A program made the translations under genes and the position numbers. The notes beneath the pieces are model-generated. The model saw only the letters and a list, made by a program, of their open reading frames with translations. It made no database searches and was not told where the DNA came from. Shown here one piece after another: positions 51,341 to 63,349 of a stretch of DNA of 64,000 nucleotides; within the stretch, counting starts at the first letter, position 1; each line of letters opens with the position of its first letter. This DNA is from Mobula hypostoma (Eukaryota), in contig NC_086109.1 in the NCBI RefSeq assembly GCF_963921235.1, positions 19,098,001 through 19,162,000 on the forward strand, given 5' to 3'.

Positions 51341-52099
51341 AATCTGTTTAACTTTCGTGTTAGGTGTAACATTGCAGATTTGTTATTGCCCTTGCAAACC
51401 ACTGCGACACTCTCTCTAGTATGTTCATGTTCTTTCCTTTAGTTCACCAAATTGCCTCTCTTTATAATATGTCTGATCACAACCCAGGTGTCGCGAAATG
51501 TTTTTTTTAAACACAGCTTCCTAAGATTGTGGCTAAGGAACAGTGTGAGACAGATTCTGCATTTGAGCACTGAGTTTTTGGGAACGTCTGAAAAGAAGGG
51601 GATGCTCACCATTCCTTAACAATGCGTTCCTCTCCTTTTCAGGGGCAAAATGACAGCTAAATAATTTTCTAATCCATCATAGAGTACTTGACCTTAAATC
51701 TCACTGCAACTCCGATGTGTGTAGGTGAAGAGCAATGATGTGTTGGTGAAAAGCGATTACCCTTGCCATTTATGACAGTCAGTTTTATTCAGGATCTAAC
51801 ACAATAACATTGTGTGACATCTGAGCAGCTCTTCAGCATTGCTTTATGGCAACTTCATTTTAACCCTGAATTCAAAAGACTTCCTGACACCATAGATAAG
51901 TGTGGCATGTTACACAGAACATAGAAAAGTACTGCACAGTACAGGCCCTTCAGCCCACATTGTCGTGCCGACCCTCAAATCCATATAACCCCCACCTTAA
52001 ATTCCTCCATATACCTGTCTAGTAGTCTCAAGTAGTCTTGTTTTCCATCTACTTACCAAGTAGCCAGTTGGAAAGTAAGACTGAGCGTATATTTAATTC

Positions 52100-52295
52100 A
52101 ACACACATAAAAGTTGCTGGTGAACACAGCAGGCCAGGCAGCATCTCTAGGAAGAGGTACAGTCGGCGTTTCGGGCTGAGACCCTTCGTCAGGACTGTAT
52201 CTCTTCCTAGAGATGCTGCCTGGCCTGCTGCGTTGACCAGCAACTTTTATGTGTGTTGCTTGAAATTCCAGCAACTGTAGATTGCCTCGTGTTTA
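52100..52295. mobile_element. Palindromic Penelope-derived mini-insertion with a 12-bp TSD and apical hammerhead core
   Basis: TSD tatatttaattc at 52088-52099 and 52296-52307; arms ~52099-52164 and ~52193-52258. Confidence 0.9.
52160..52197 (-). ncRNA. Minimal type I hammerhead ribozyme motif (cleavage triplet GCC, probably inactive)
   Basis: CAGUC-CUGACGA-A-GGGU(CUCA)GCCC-GAAA-C-GCC-GACUG. Confidence 0.7.
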
Positions 52296-52699
52296 TATAT
52301 TTAATTCCACCTGTTCAACTTTTTAATAATATTATTTTTAATAGAAGGAGAATTGAGTGTGAGCTATTCAACCCCTTAACTTTGCTTTAAAGTAATTTGT
52401 GTTCCACCTACCATTAAGGTAAAATGTGATCAAAATGTTAAGAGTAACACACACAAAATGCTGGAGGAATTCTGCAAGTCAAACAGCATCTCTGGAAAGG
52501 AATGAACATTTAATGTTTCAGGCAGAAATCCTTCATCAGCGTGTACCAAATGCTGGAGGAAATAAACAGGTCAGGCAGCATCTGTGGAAAGGAATAAACA
52601 GTTCACATTTCATGCCAAAACCTCTATCAGGAGGTTCTGAACGTCGACTGATTATTCCTTTCCCTGGATACTGCCTGACCTGCTGAGTTTCTGCAGCAT

Positions 52700-52941
52700 T
52701 TTGCACTATCAGTTACTCCAAAAGACTGGAAGTAGAGTAAAGACTGAAAGGCTTTTATTAACAGTAAATGGTCCAACGTCCCTGCTGAGTATCTGCCCCG
52801 GACTGAGGGAGGAGCAATGGCGCAATCGCCTTTATTCAGGGGTCTGTGGGAGGAGCCACAGGAGCAGTCAGCAGAGGGGCGTGTCCAGGCATGTCCATAC
52901 AGGTAACCCAGTTACAACATATATATATATGGTTTACCACA
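52700..52941 (-). repeat. Solo LTR of a Gypsy-type family
   Basis: Minus strand tgtggtaaacc...aataaaagcc...tctacttccagtcttttggagtaactgatagtgca; same end as the LTR upstream of the gag at 4510. Confidence 0.75.
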
Positions 52942-53029
52942 GTTATTCTGTACTTTCAGCATCTGTAGATTCCCTTGTATTTATGATGCTGAGATACATA
53001 CTAGGATATGTGCTGCAACACACAGTGAT

Positions 53030-53460
53030 GTAACCTGGGGCCATCAGGTCTTTTGGTTCTTTCAACATCAAATATGCTCGCTCAGTTGACCCAGTCAGGG
53101 TCGATCAGGCCCCAGCTTGTGTCCCAGCAGCATTGGTCCACGGGTCACACCTCTTCATCCATAGGCACCTGGAGGCACGCTCACAGCCTCTGTGACAGTC
53201 CTGATGGCTCTTTGCAGCCCCCATAATGCCAAGGAGAGAGGAAGTTCTGTGTAGTGAGCAGCCAGCAAAACCTCTACACCCCAACTTCATAGGCTCGCAC
53301 CATGCCCTCCACCCCTGTGTCTGGCACTGCTCAACCAGCTCCTGCCATCTGGCTTTCTTATGTTCAAATGGCTTCTCACTGTAGTCTTTCCAAGTTCTAT
53401 CATGACCACCTGTTTCTGACAGAATAACCATGTCTGGCCTCAGGGATGATGATGCAATGG
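53030..53460 (-). mobile_element. Restriction-like-endonuclease non-LTR element (Hero/NeSL-like), 3' end
   Basis: SSLRPDMVILSE...EHKKARWQELVEQCQTQGWRAWCEPMKLGCRGFAG...ASRCLWMKRCDPW: RPD motif and GCRGF signature. Confidence 0.8.
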
Positions 53461-54954
53461 TCAATATTTTAATTTTGTTTATCCACTTTTGTTCTTCAAC
53501 CCTCGCTGCCCTTGAGAGAGTCACCCATGGCACACCCTTTTTTCGTCTAAGCCTTGAAAAAGAAAGTTCCAAATTTCAATTCTACTTTAAGGACTTGCAC
53601 TCAGAAGTCTAGGTGACACTTCAAATGTGTTACTGACTAGTCTCACACTGCTACAGTTGTTACCTTTCTAATAAGATATACAAAGGAGCTTGGTCCTTCA
53701 TGTGGATGTTCATGATCCCATTGTATTAAGTCAAAAGAAAACGTGATAATCAGGTCTGGTGCCCTGGTTAATGTTATCCCAAGGCCAAAATAGTTAAAAC
53801 TTCATCTGGGCTTTGTCACATTGCTGTTTGCAGGGGAATTGGCTGCCATGCTTCCTCCATCACTGTTGTAATGACACTTGTATGATTAGATCTATAAAGA
53901 AGTTTTGATGATCCAGAGGAGATATAAAATAGCCTGTAATCTAGACTAAAGGTACTGCATGCTAGTTCATGGAACTCATGCTGTTAAACTCGAGTGCAGA
54001 AGGCAAAATGATCATTTGCAGTAAGAAAAGTATTGTCATTTTTGAAAAAAAGTACTTTCGTTGGCTGTGGGCATTGTTGCTAAGGCCAGCATCCGGCACC
54101 AAGTCCAAAGTGCTCTTGAGGTGATGGTACTCCCACAGCGTTGTTAGGTAAGGAAATCTAAGACTTTGACCCAACAATGAAAGAGGAATGGTCAGGATGG
54201 CGTATGGTGTGTGTGTGGGTGGGTGGATGGATGAGTGGGAAGGCGGGAAGGGGCTTTATTTTTGCTGCTGTTGTTCAGTGGTTGTTGCCTCCATGTCCTA
54301 CGAACTTGGCGGGCATGCTCTGTTGGTGCTGGCGACACCTTCGGACTGTCCTCAGTACATCTTTAGGTTGTGTTGGTTGTTAATGCAAACCGTACTTCAC
54401 TGAATGTTTCAATGTGCATTGTGAATCTGATCTGGAGGGGAACATGAATATGAGATATTCCCATATGCTGTCACTGGGGCAAAGATATTGAATGGTGCTG
54501 ACAGAAACCAGACAAAATGCCACAGTGTTTACCCTGAGAGCAAGGTCAAGCAGTGGTGGTGGGACTGATTGTTTAGGCTGGTGGATGAGGTGCCAATCAT
54601 TTTGATTGTTTAACCCTGTATAATACAGGGCAAAGTCTGTAGGAACCTGTAAAAGTGCAGCTGCAAGGATAGAACTGTGCCTCACTCCAATGAGTGGGGC
54701 CCTGCTTTTAGTGGAATTACACTGGGGAGTCAAAGCAAGCCACGAAGTGCAGAATATCCAACTCTGAGCAGCTCATGCATCCATACATTTACATGGATGA
54801 TCTAGTCAGAGGTGACCACCAGCAGATTGAGAAGAATCTGGCAATGAAACGGAAGCAAATAACAACACGCACCAAATGCTGGAGGAACCCAGCAGATCAG
54901 GCCGCATCGGAGGAAAAGAGTAAACAGTCAACATTTCAGGCTGAGACCCTTCCC

Positions 54955-55335
54955 CAAGAATCAGAATCAGTTTTAATATCTTGACATATCTCGTGCAATT
55001 TGTTGTTTTGCAGCAGCAGTACAGTGAAATACATAAAAATGCTAAAAATTAGAATCAGAAATATATATAATTAAATTAAATAAGAAGTGTAAAAAGAGTA
55101 AAAATATTGAGAAAGTGTTCATGGGTTGGTTCATTGTCCATTCAGAAATCCGATGGCAGGGTGGAAGAAGCTGTTCCTAAAGCATTGAATGTGTGTCTTC
55201 AGGCTCCTGTACCTCCTCTCTGATGGTAGTAATAGGAAGAGAGCATGTGCTGGGTGATGGGGATCCTTAATAATGGATGTTACCTTTTTGTTCTAAAGAT
55301 GTCTTTGATCCTGGGGAGGCTAGTGCCCATAATGG
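54955..55335 (-). mobile_element. Rex1/Babar-type 3' end
   Basis: agaatcagaatcag tail; gaagaagctgttcctaaagcattgaatgtgtgtcttcaggctcctgtacctcctctctgatgg. Confidence 0.7.
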
Positions 55336-56189
55336 AGCAATCCTCAATACCACGTGGTGATAATAGCGCTGTTGAATGTCAAGGAAAGATGGACAGAATC
55401 CTCCTTGATGGAACTGTTGTTACCTGCTACCAACACAGAGTGAGTGTGGATATTGCTGGCACTGGGTTATTTGCTGGCTAATTGTGCACAGCTTTGACCA
55501 GTTGTCAGCTTTGAAAGGGGCAATTTCCTGCCTAATCGAGAGTAATTTTCACCCATTACCGATCTAAAATGATACTTTCCCCTCAGGAACATTGTTCTGT
55601 AAAAAGGCAAAAAGTGAACAACAATTTAAGAGTTTATTTATTCAATCCTGCCTCCATACAAATTAACTAGGCTGTGCTGTCAGAATAAAACATTAAAACG
55701 AGTTTGTTCTGAGGATGCTGTCAGGCAAAGATACCTTCCTGAGAGTTAGCAATCAAAACTCTTCTGTTCAAAGCCTGAAGGGCTGTCGGCAAAATACACA
55801 GGATTCATAGTGGCTTACACCTCTCCGCTTTTCTACAGGGTTCATCCTTCAACATTTCATTAAGGAACTCCTACGACGCATGTAGTTGTGCAGTTTTTTT
55901 TATATAGTACCGCCTCTCTGCACAATACACATACGTATTACTCATGTATCACAGTGCATCTTGCTGTAGTCAACTGTAACTTCTAAAGGTTATGTGACAC
56001 GGCATCTATTCATTTCCATTATATTACCTTGTATGAAGGAATATCCTGTGGCCATCGTTCATTCCCCTTTGCTAGGCAAGGGGAACAAAATGATACATTG
56101 GGTACCATATGTCAATACCCTGTAAGGAGATTTGCCCTGTAGTGATGAAATCAGTTTTATGGCTCTCTCTTTCAAGCAAGAGCAATGAA

Positions 56190-57580
56190 GGGTCCACCTA
56201 GCAATTATTGGCCTGCAAGCTTGACATCAGTGGTAGATAAATTAATGGAAAGTATTCTTAGAGATGGTATATATAAGTATCTGGATAGACAGGGTCTGAT
56301 TAAGAACAGTCAACATGGATTTGTGTGTGGCAGGTCATGTTTGACAAGTCTTACTGAATTTTTTGAAGAGGTTACTAGGAAAGTTGACGAGGGTAAAGCA
56401 GTGAATGTCTATATGGACTTCAGTAAGGCCTTTGACAAGGTTCCACATGGAAGGTTAGTTAGGAAGGTTCAATCATTAGGTATTAATATTGAAGTAGTAA
56501 AGTGGATTCAACAGTGGCTGAATGGGAGATGCCAGAGAGTAGTGGTGGATAACTGCTTGTCAGGTTGGAGGCCGGTGACTAGTGGTGTGCCTCAGGGATC
56601 TGTACCGGGTCCAATGTTGTTTGTCATATACATTAATGATCTGGATGATGGGGTGATAAATTGGATTAGTAAGTATGCAGATGATACTAAGATAGATGGC
56701 GTGGATAGTGAAGCAGTCTTTCAAAGCTTGCAGAGAGATTTAGGCCAGTTAGAAGAGTGGACTGAAAGATGGCAGATGGAGTTTAATGCTGATAAGTGTG
56801 AGGTGCTACATTTTGGTAGAACTAATCAAAATAGGACATACATGGTAAATGGTAGGGCATTGAAGAGTGCAGTAGAACAGAGGGATCTAGAAATAATGGT
56901 GCATAGTTCCCTGAAGGTGGAATCTCATGTGGACAGGGTGGTGAAGAAAGCTTTTGGTATGCTGGCCTTTATAAATCAGAGCATTGAGTATAGGAGTTGG
57001 GATGTAATGTTAAAATTGAATAAGATATTGGTAAGGCCAAACTTGGAGTATTGTGTACAGTTCTGGTCACCGAATTATAGGAAAGATGTCAACAAAGAAG
57101 ATTTACTAGAATGTTACCTGGGTTTCAGCACCTGAGTTACAGAGAAAGGTTGAACAAGTTAGGTCTTTATTCTTTGGAGCGTAGAAGATTGAGGGGGGCT
57201 TGATAGAGGTATTTAAAATTATGAGGGGGATAGATAGAGTTGACGTGGATAGGCTTTTTCCATTGAGAGTAGGGGAGATTCAAACAAGAGGACATGAGTT
57301 GAGAGTTGGGGGCAAAAGTTTAGGGGTAACACGAGGGGGAACTTCTTTACTCAGAGAGTGGTAGCTGTGTGGAACGAGCTTCCCATAGAAGTGGTAGAGG
57401 CAGGTTTGATATTGTAACTTAAAGGAAAATTGGATAGGTATATGGACAGGAAAGGAATGGAGGGTTATGGACTGGGTGCAGGTCGGTGGGACTAGGTGAG
57501 AGTAAGAGTTCGGCACGGACTAGAAGGGCCGAGATGGCCTGCTTCCGTGCTGTAATTGTTATATGGTTATATAGTTATAT
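56190..57580 (+). mobile_element. 5'-truncated CR1 LINE (RT)
   Basis: NYWPASLTSVV, QHGFVCGRSCLT, YMDFSKAFDKVPH, GVPQGSV, KYADDTK, RPNLEYCVQFWSP; small deletions; (GTTATAT)n tail. Confidence 0.95.
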
Positions 57581-57669
57581 CTTTAAGGCTATCCCTCACA
57601 ACCTCAGTATGATTTTATTCTCTATGTTTCACTGTTTAAACTAAGTTGGCGGAGGGGTGAGAACAGGAT

Positions 57670-58105
57670 GGGATTTGGATGACGATGTTGGTGGCTTTGT
57701 GGCCAAGTTTGCGGACAATACAAAAACAGGTGGAGGGGCAGTAGTGTTGAGGAAGCAGGGAGGCTGCAGGAGGACTTAGACAGATTAGGAGAACAGGCAA
57801 AGAGAGGCAGAAGAAATACAGTGTCGGGAAGTGTGTGGTCATGCACTTTGGTAGAAGGAATAAAGGCATAGACTATTTTCTAAGTGGGCAGAAAATTCAA
57901 AAATCAGAGGTGAAAAGGGATTTGGGAGTCCTTGTGCAGGATTCCCTAAAGGTTAGCTTGCAGGTTGAGTCACTGGTAAGGAAGGCAAATGCGATGTCAG
58001 TATTCGTTTTGGGAGGACTAGAATGTGAAAGCAAGGACGTGGTGCTGAGTCTTTACTGCATCAGGCGTTGGTCAGGCTATACTTATGGTATTGTGAGCAA
58101 TTTCC
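57670..58105 (+). mobile_element. CR1 RT fragment
   Basis: VAKFADNTKTGG...VMHFGRRNKGIDYFLSGQ...RDLGVLVQDSLKV. Confidence 0.85.
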
Positions 58106-59283
58106 CCCAGTTTTACCATTGGCGGGATGAATTTGCCCTTGATGGAGTTTGCCTGACTGGGGATTGAAAGCTGTTGTTCCATAAAAACTGAGAGCTAACG
58201 TACTGGAGGAGCTACATGCTGGTCATCTAGATGTGGTCAAAATGAAAGCATTATCTTGAAGCTTTCTTCTGGTGTCCTTGGATTGATCGGCAAAAATTGA
58301 GCAGCTTGCCATGCACTGTTTGGGATGCAAAACACACGCTGGAGTCGTCGCATGGAGTGATTCTTCATCCCTGGAAATGGCCTCCATTGCCCTGGCAGAC
58401 ATTCACATGGATTTTCCTGGACCACTCAGGGGCATAAGTTTCTTGGTGATAGTCAATGCAGCTACAAAGTGGCTAGAGATCACTACAGCCTCGCACACTG
58501 TTGGTATGTTGTGAAGCCTCTTCTCAAGTACTGGTGTTCCAGAACACTTAGCTAATGACAATGGACCACAGTTTGTTGTGGAACAGTTTCAGTCATTCCT
58601 GAAATTGAATGGAATAAAACATATTACATCTGCTCCATACCACCCAGCTACAAATGTCTGGGTGGAAAGATACATCCAGAGTTGAAAGAATGCACTGCAA
58701 GCAATGTCAGCAGAACACTTTACACTGACACTGAATCGGAAGCTCACCAATTTTCTCCTCGCATATTGCAATGTAGCACATTCCATAGCTAACAACCCAC
58801 TCGCTGTGCTGTTCCTGGGTTGTCCCTTATGCTCATGCTTAGATCTCCTCAGATCCAATCTCGGAAGGAGTATGCAGGACAAAGAGCTGAGACAAACGGA
58901 GGGCTGCTCAGTCAAGGAGGTGCGGTGTTTCACTCCCAGACAAGCAGTCCTGCTGAGTGACGACAATGATGGTCGGAAGTGGGTACTTGGAAGGATCAAG
59001 AACAGAACCGGCTCACTCTTTCTACACAGTGCAGATTGTGTCTGATGTTGTCTGGAGGCAACACCTCTGTCAGTTGAGAAGAGCAGAGTCAATTGTTTGG
59101 GGAAGAAAGGTGGACCAGAGGTGTCAGAACCACTTTGCGCAGTCCTGGAGTCAACACCAACAAGCACCACGGAGGAAGCCCCAGAACCTGGGATTGCTTC
59201 ACAGCCGCGAGCACCTCCTGACAAAAAGAGGCACTCTCCACTCCCACTCCACATTGTCTGGAAAGATTTTATCCCACCAGAGG
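58103..59283 (+). mobile_element. Gypsy integrase fragment (same family as 32262-38805)
   Basis: VLEELHAGHL; IHMDFPGPLRGISFLVIV; DNGPQF; HITSAPYHPATN..VER. Confidence 0.9.
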
Positions 59284-59522
59284 AGTATTGTTTTATTAAT
59301 CGTTTTTCACCGTTTCTATAATTTATTATGGGTTATATGTAAAAGTACGTGAATGTCATACATCGTTATAGAAAATAGAAACACAGAAAATAGGTGCAGG
59401 AGTAGGCCATTATGTCACAGAGTCATACCAACGTGCCTCAGTACAGTGAAACTAGGCATATATATTTTTACCCGTTTCCCTTGTTTTTCTTTCAATTAGT
59501 TTTGAAGTTAAAAAACATAAAA
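59283..59522 (+). repeat. Gypsy 3' LTR (partly deleted, contains a short CR1-tail insert)
   Basis: ataatttattatgggttatatgtaaaagtacgtgaatg...ttagttttgaagttaaaaaacataaaa matches the other two LTRs. Confidence 0.7.
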
Positions 59523-59649
59523 GTTATACACAAACAAGAGAAAATCTGTGATGCTTGAAGTACAAGCAACACACACAAAATACCGAAGGAACTCAGCAGG
59601 CCAGGCAGCATCCAGGAACAGAGTACAATCGACGTTTCGGGCCAAAAGT

Positions 59650-60826
59650 TATGTGGTAGAAATTGAGGGAAGTGGAGTAGAAACATTTAAAGATGAAATA
59701 ATGGAAGGTAGCATAAAGAGGCAGAACTATAAAGAACATAAGAGAGATAAATAAATAACAATTGCTTGATCACAATTAGAATCATAGTCTATAGATCCTC
59801 TATGAGTGAAAGGAAGGTGAAGCAAGAGATGTGTAGGAAGATGCTTCAGCTTCCTCCGACAATCCAGTGACAGAGGAGAAAGTTAATTAATCAAATAGGT
59901 AAAATTGTGTTGGAAGGGGCTATGACTGTGCTGTATCTCTAAATATAATAAATAAAGAAAATAAAACAGGGAATGAGTGAAAATAAGAATTATTATCACA
60001 GGGAATTTCAAATACTCTGGTAATCATTGGTGAGAAGAACCAGGTCAAGAAGAAGAGAATACAGTTCTAACAATATATTCAAAAGTCCTTTAGACCCCAG
60101 TTGGTAAAAAGATCATCACAGGTGTGCTCACTACTAGATTTAGTTAATAACAATGAACCAGTGCAGATAAAAGAAATAGGGAAACATGTTGGCTTTTACA
60201 ACTATTACAAAATTGTCTTTATGATAATAATGGCATGATGGTTGTTCGTTGTGTCCCACAATGACAGCAAACCTGTGCGGAAGTGTTTTTAAAGTGGAAA
60301 AGCTGTTGCACTGGGTTAGTTCCACTCTCTCAACCTCGCAAGTCTGGGTCCAGTGGTACAGACAAGCGTCACAAGTGGGGTCTTCCTTGGTTGCGGTGGA
60401 TGACCGTGACTTCTTTTGTGCCTCGTCATGTCTTTCGCTCACCACGGAGCATTGCAGAGCCACCTTCCTGGCTATTGGATGTCGTTGATCTCACCTGCCA
60501 GAGCTGACTTCACCTGCAAGGACAGTCATTTCCCTATCTCTCTGGGTTTGAAGCCATTAACTACCCTCACCTGGTTTAGCCCACCTGTCAAAACGGTGTA
60601 CTGGGGTGTGGTCGCTGTTGCATACAAACAATTCCTTGGAGCCACATGTGAGATAATAATAAGAAGAATATAACATAAAGAAATACATAATGATGAAGAT
60701 ATGATGAAAATAAATATAACTACATTTGAGAAAATGAGAATTTAACTTGAAAAGGTACTAAGGGCCATGATATTGTCAGCAACAATGGGAAGTTGTTAAG
60801 CTGTTGATCAAAGCAAAAATATATAT
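59650..60826 (+). mobile_element. Ancient CR1 endonuclease/linker fragment containing an insert of the ribozyme-element family
   Basis: EGSGVETFKDEI; VYRSS; IIITGNFKYSGNHW; LLDLVNNNEPVQIKEIGKHVG; FEKMRI*LEKV. Confidence 0.75.
60240..60653 (-). mobile_element. 5'-truncated relative of the 7373-7911 element
   Basis: Minus strand ctcacatgt-ggc-tccaagga...acc-acacccc-ag-taca-ccgttttgacaggtgg-gctaa-accaggtgag. Confidence 0.8.
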
Positions 60827-61561
60827 TCTTTAGGCTTGAATGCTCTGTGTGTATATATGCATAAGCTGAGATGCATTCTAAATTGTTGGAGATTATAGTT
60901 AAGGAGGCAGGAATGAAGTGTATTTAATTTTCAGTAACATTTGAGTGACATTGTAAATTTTTTTTGATTAAGCATTCTTTGTTTGTTTACATAATTTATT
61001 ATGGATTATATGTACAAAGTACATGAATGGCATATGTCATTACACCACCAGGTCATACAGTACTGTGCAAAAATCTTAGGCATTTAAAAAAAATTGTAAA
61101 GTGAAAAAAATAATAAAATGAAAAGTTTCTAAATATCAAAAGAATTACTCAAAAGGGCAGTTGACAGTAAAAAAAGGCTAAATCAAATTAATATTTGTTG
61201 TGAGCACCCTTTGCCTTTAAAAATGCACCAATTCTCTTAGGCAGACTGTCATGCAGTTTTATAATAAAATTGATTGGTAGGTTGTTCCAAGCATCTTGGA
61301 GAACTTGTCACAGAGCTTCTGCAGACTTTGGCTCTCTTGCTTGCTTCTTTCTCTCAAGGTAATCCCAGACAGCCTCGATGATGTTGAGATCAGAGCTCTG
61401 GGAGATATTTTATCTGAAACCATATACAAAAATCTAGTGCACCTAAAACTCTTGCACGGTACTGTATGTGCATGCCTCAGTAAAATAAAATGAAGTAGAC
61501 GTGTTATCTGGAGCTTCCATATTTTTCTTTCGATTAGTTTCTGGAGATACGAAACATGACA
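60827..61561 (+). mobile_element. Gypsy 3' UTR + PPT + LTR, interrupted by a Tc1-type element
   Basis: Purine run aaggaggcaggaa, then LTR tgaagtgtatttaat...gattaagcattctttg...gaaacatgaca. Confidence 0.75.
61058..61464. mobile_element. Tc1/mariner-type non-autonomous element with TA TSD
   Basis: TA-cagtactgtgcaaaaatcttagg ... cctaaaactcttgcacggtactg-TA. Confidence 0.85.
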
Positions 61562-63349
61562 CATCTTGGCTCAAAGCATTGACTGTTTATCCTCTCTATA
61601 TATGCCGTCTGCCTTGCACAGTTCCTCCTGCTTTTTGTGTGTGAAATCCTGTTTATGTGGATTGATTTCATATTCTACTCCTTTTTAAATAAGGTATCAT
61701 TCCAGGTACCTTCATCGGACCAGCTCCCAAACCAACACTCCTTGCCTGCCAAAGCCAAGGATGGTATTTGAATGAAATCCCATATAACTCGAATCCAACC
61801 TTCATTCCTTTGGATCCCAGCTCTCCTGAGATCATGCTTTGACTTTCATGTTTGTCTGTCCCCTAGTGGTAGGTAGAAAATTTAGATGCTTTAGAGTGCA
61901 GTATTCAAGAATTAATGTTGACCAAACTGCCCGTTCTTCCTCTGGATCATTACCAAATGGGAGGAACAAGACTTCAAATCAATCTGTCTCTCTTCAGTTA
62001 TAATAACCAACAGGAAGTTGTAGGATCACCCAGCAGGGTGCCAAATCTGATTAATCACAACAGCCTTGTCTTCAGATCTATCCATGTTGTGTCGACTGCT
62101 CTGACCCTGGGCTGCAACAAACTGCCTGTCATCTACCATAAAATCAGAAAATGAGATTGTGTCCATCTTTCTTTATCACTGAAGCACAATAATGTAGCTG
62201 TTTAAAATGATATATAGGAATTGAGTCTGCAATTTTGAGTTAATTTAGGATCATTAATCCTTAATCCACAGCACTTAAAACTTGAATCATCATTACACCT
62301 TAATGAAAAGTTGCAAACAGTCATTCCAAAACCGAAGAAAACTTTTCTTGAACAATTTCCAGTATATGTAGAAAGCCTGAAGGGAATGCAGACATGGACA
62401 TGACTATGGAAAACAGGTAAGCACTCAGATTAAGCACTGATGCTGCTCGACCTCTGACTGCCTCCAGCACTTTGTATTTTGGCTCAATCAGACCTTGTTA
62501 GGTCAGGAGGATATCCACCATCTCCAGTCTCCCAATACTCATTTGAGCAACTTCTCCTAAACTGGATGGCCTAAGATCAGGAAGAAGTACTGAAATGCAG
62601 CTACAGGGAGACAAGCCATCTTTCAATTGATGAGGAGGTGTAGCAACTTCTAACCTTCTGAGTACACGTGAATCACATGTATCAAAGGAAACTGAAACTT
62701 CATGAAATTACTTGGGGCACTATCCATTCCAAAGGCTAATCATGCCAGCTGAAGAATGTATAAGTGATTATGCCAATGAAAACCAAGCGATTAGACACAT
62801 AAATCTCCAGTGAATATCTTATTATATTATTTATGCAGAATTATTAGGATTTCTTGAACAGAGCAGGATAAGAACAGATTATAAAAAAGAAGGATTGTTT
62901 CTTGATTAGCTGATCTTGTTGGTGCGTAATTTCCAAATTTAGATAAGACATTGGCAGGAAAAGACCAGCTGATCCATCAAGTACACCCCCACCCCACCAT
63001 ATAGCATTGCAGTTAGCTGTTCTATTCCTGTTAACCATTTTACTTGTTCCATTAAGTTGCATTAGGATGACCCTAAATTGCAATTGCAATGACAAACTCA
63101 GGAGATGTTGTAACAGATTTTAATCTTGCTCAGTAATAAAGAATTTCCCAATCGGGATCAATAAATTACTTATTATCATTATTAGTATTATTATTATTAA
63201 TAATAATAATAACAACAACAAATTACAGGGAAAAAGTAATAAGATGTCCATGCTATTACCTTCTGAAGTTTGAAGACCCCTCCTACCACCATCACAGTAT
63301 TAATATTCTACTGGTTTTTAAATCTGCATGCAATATCAACTTTGCTCCT

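Noticed and set aside
58589..59254. 221-aa minus-strand ORF
   Set aside because: Antisense to Gypsy integrase.
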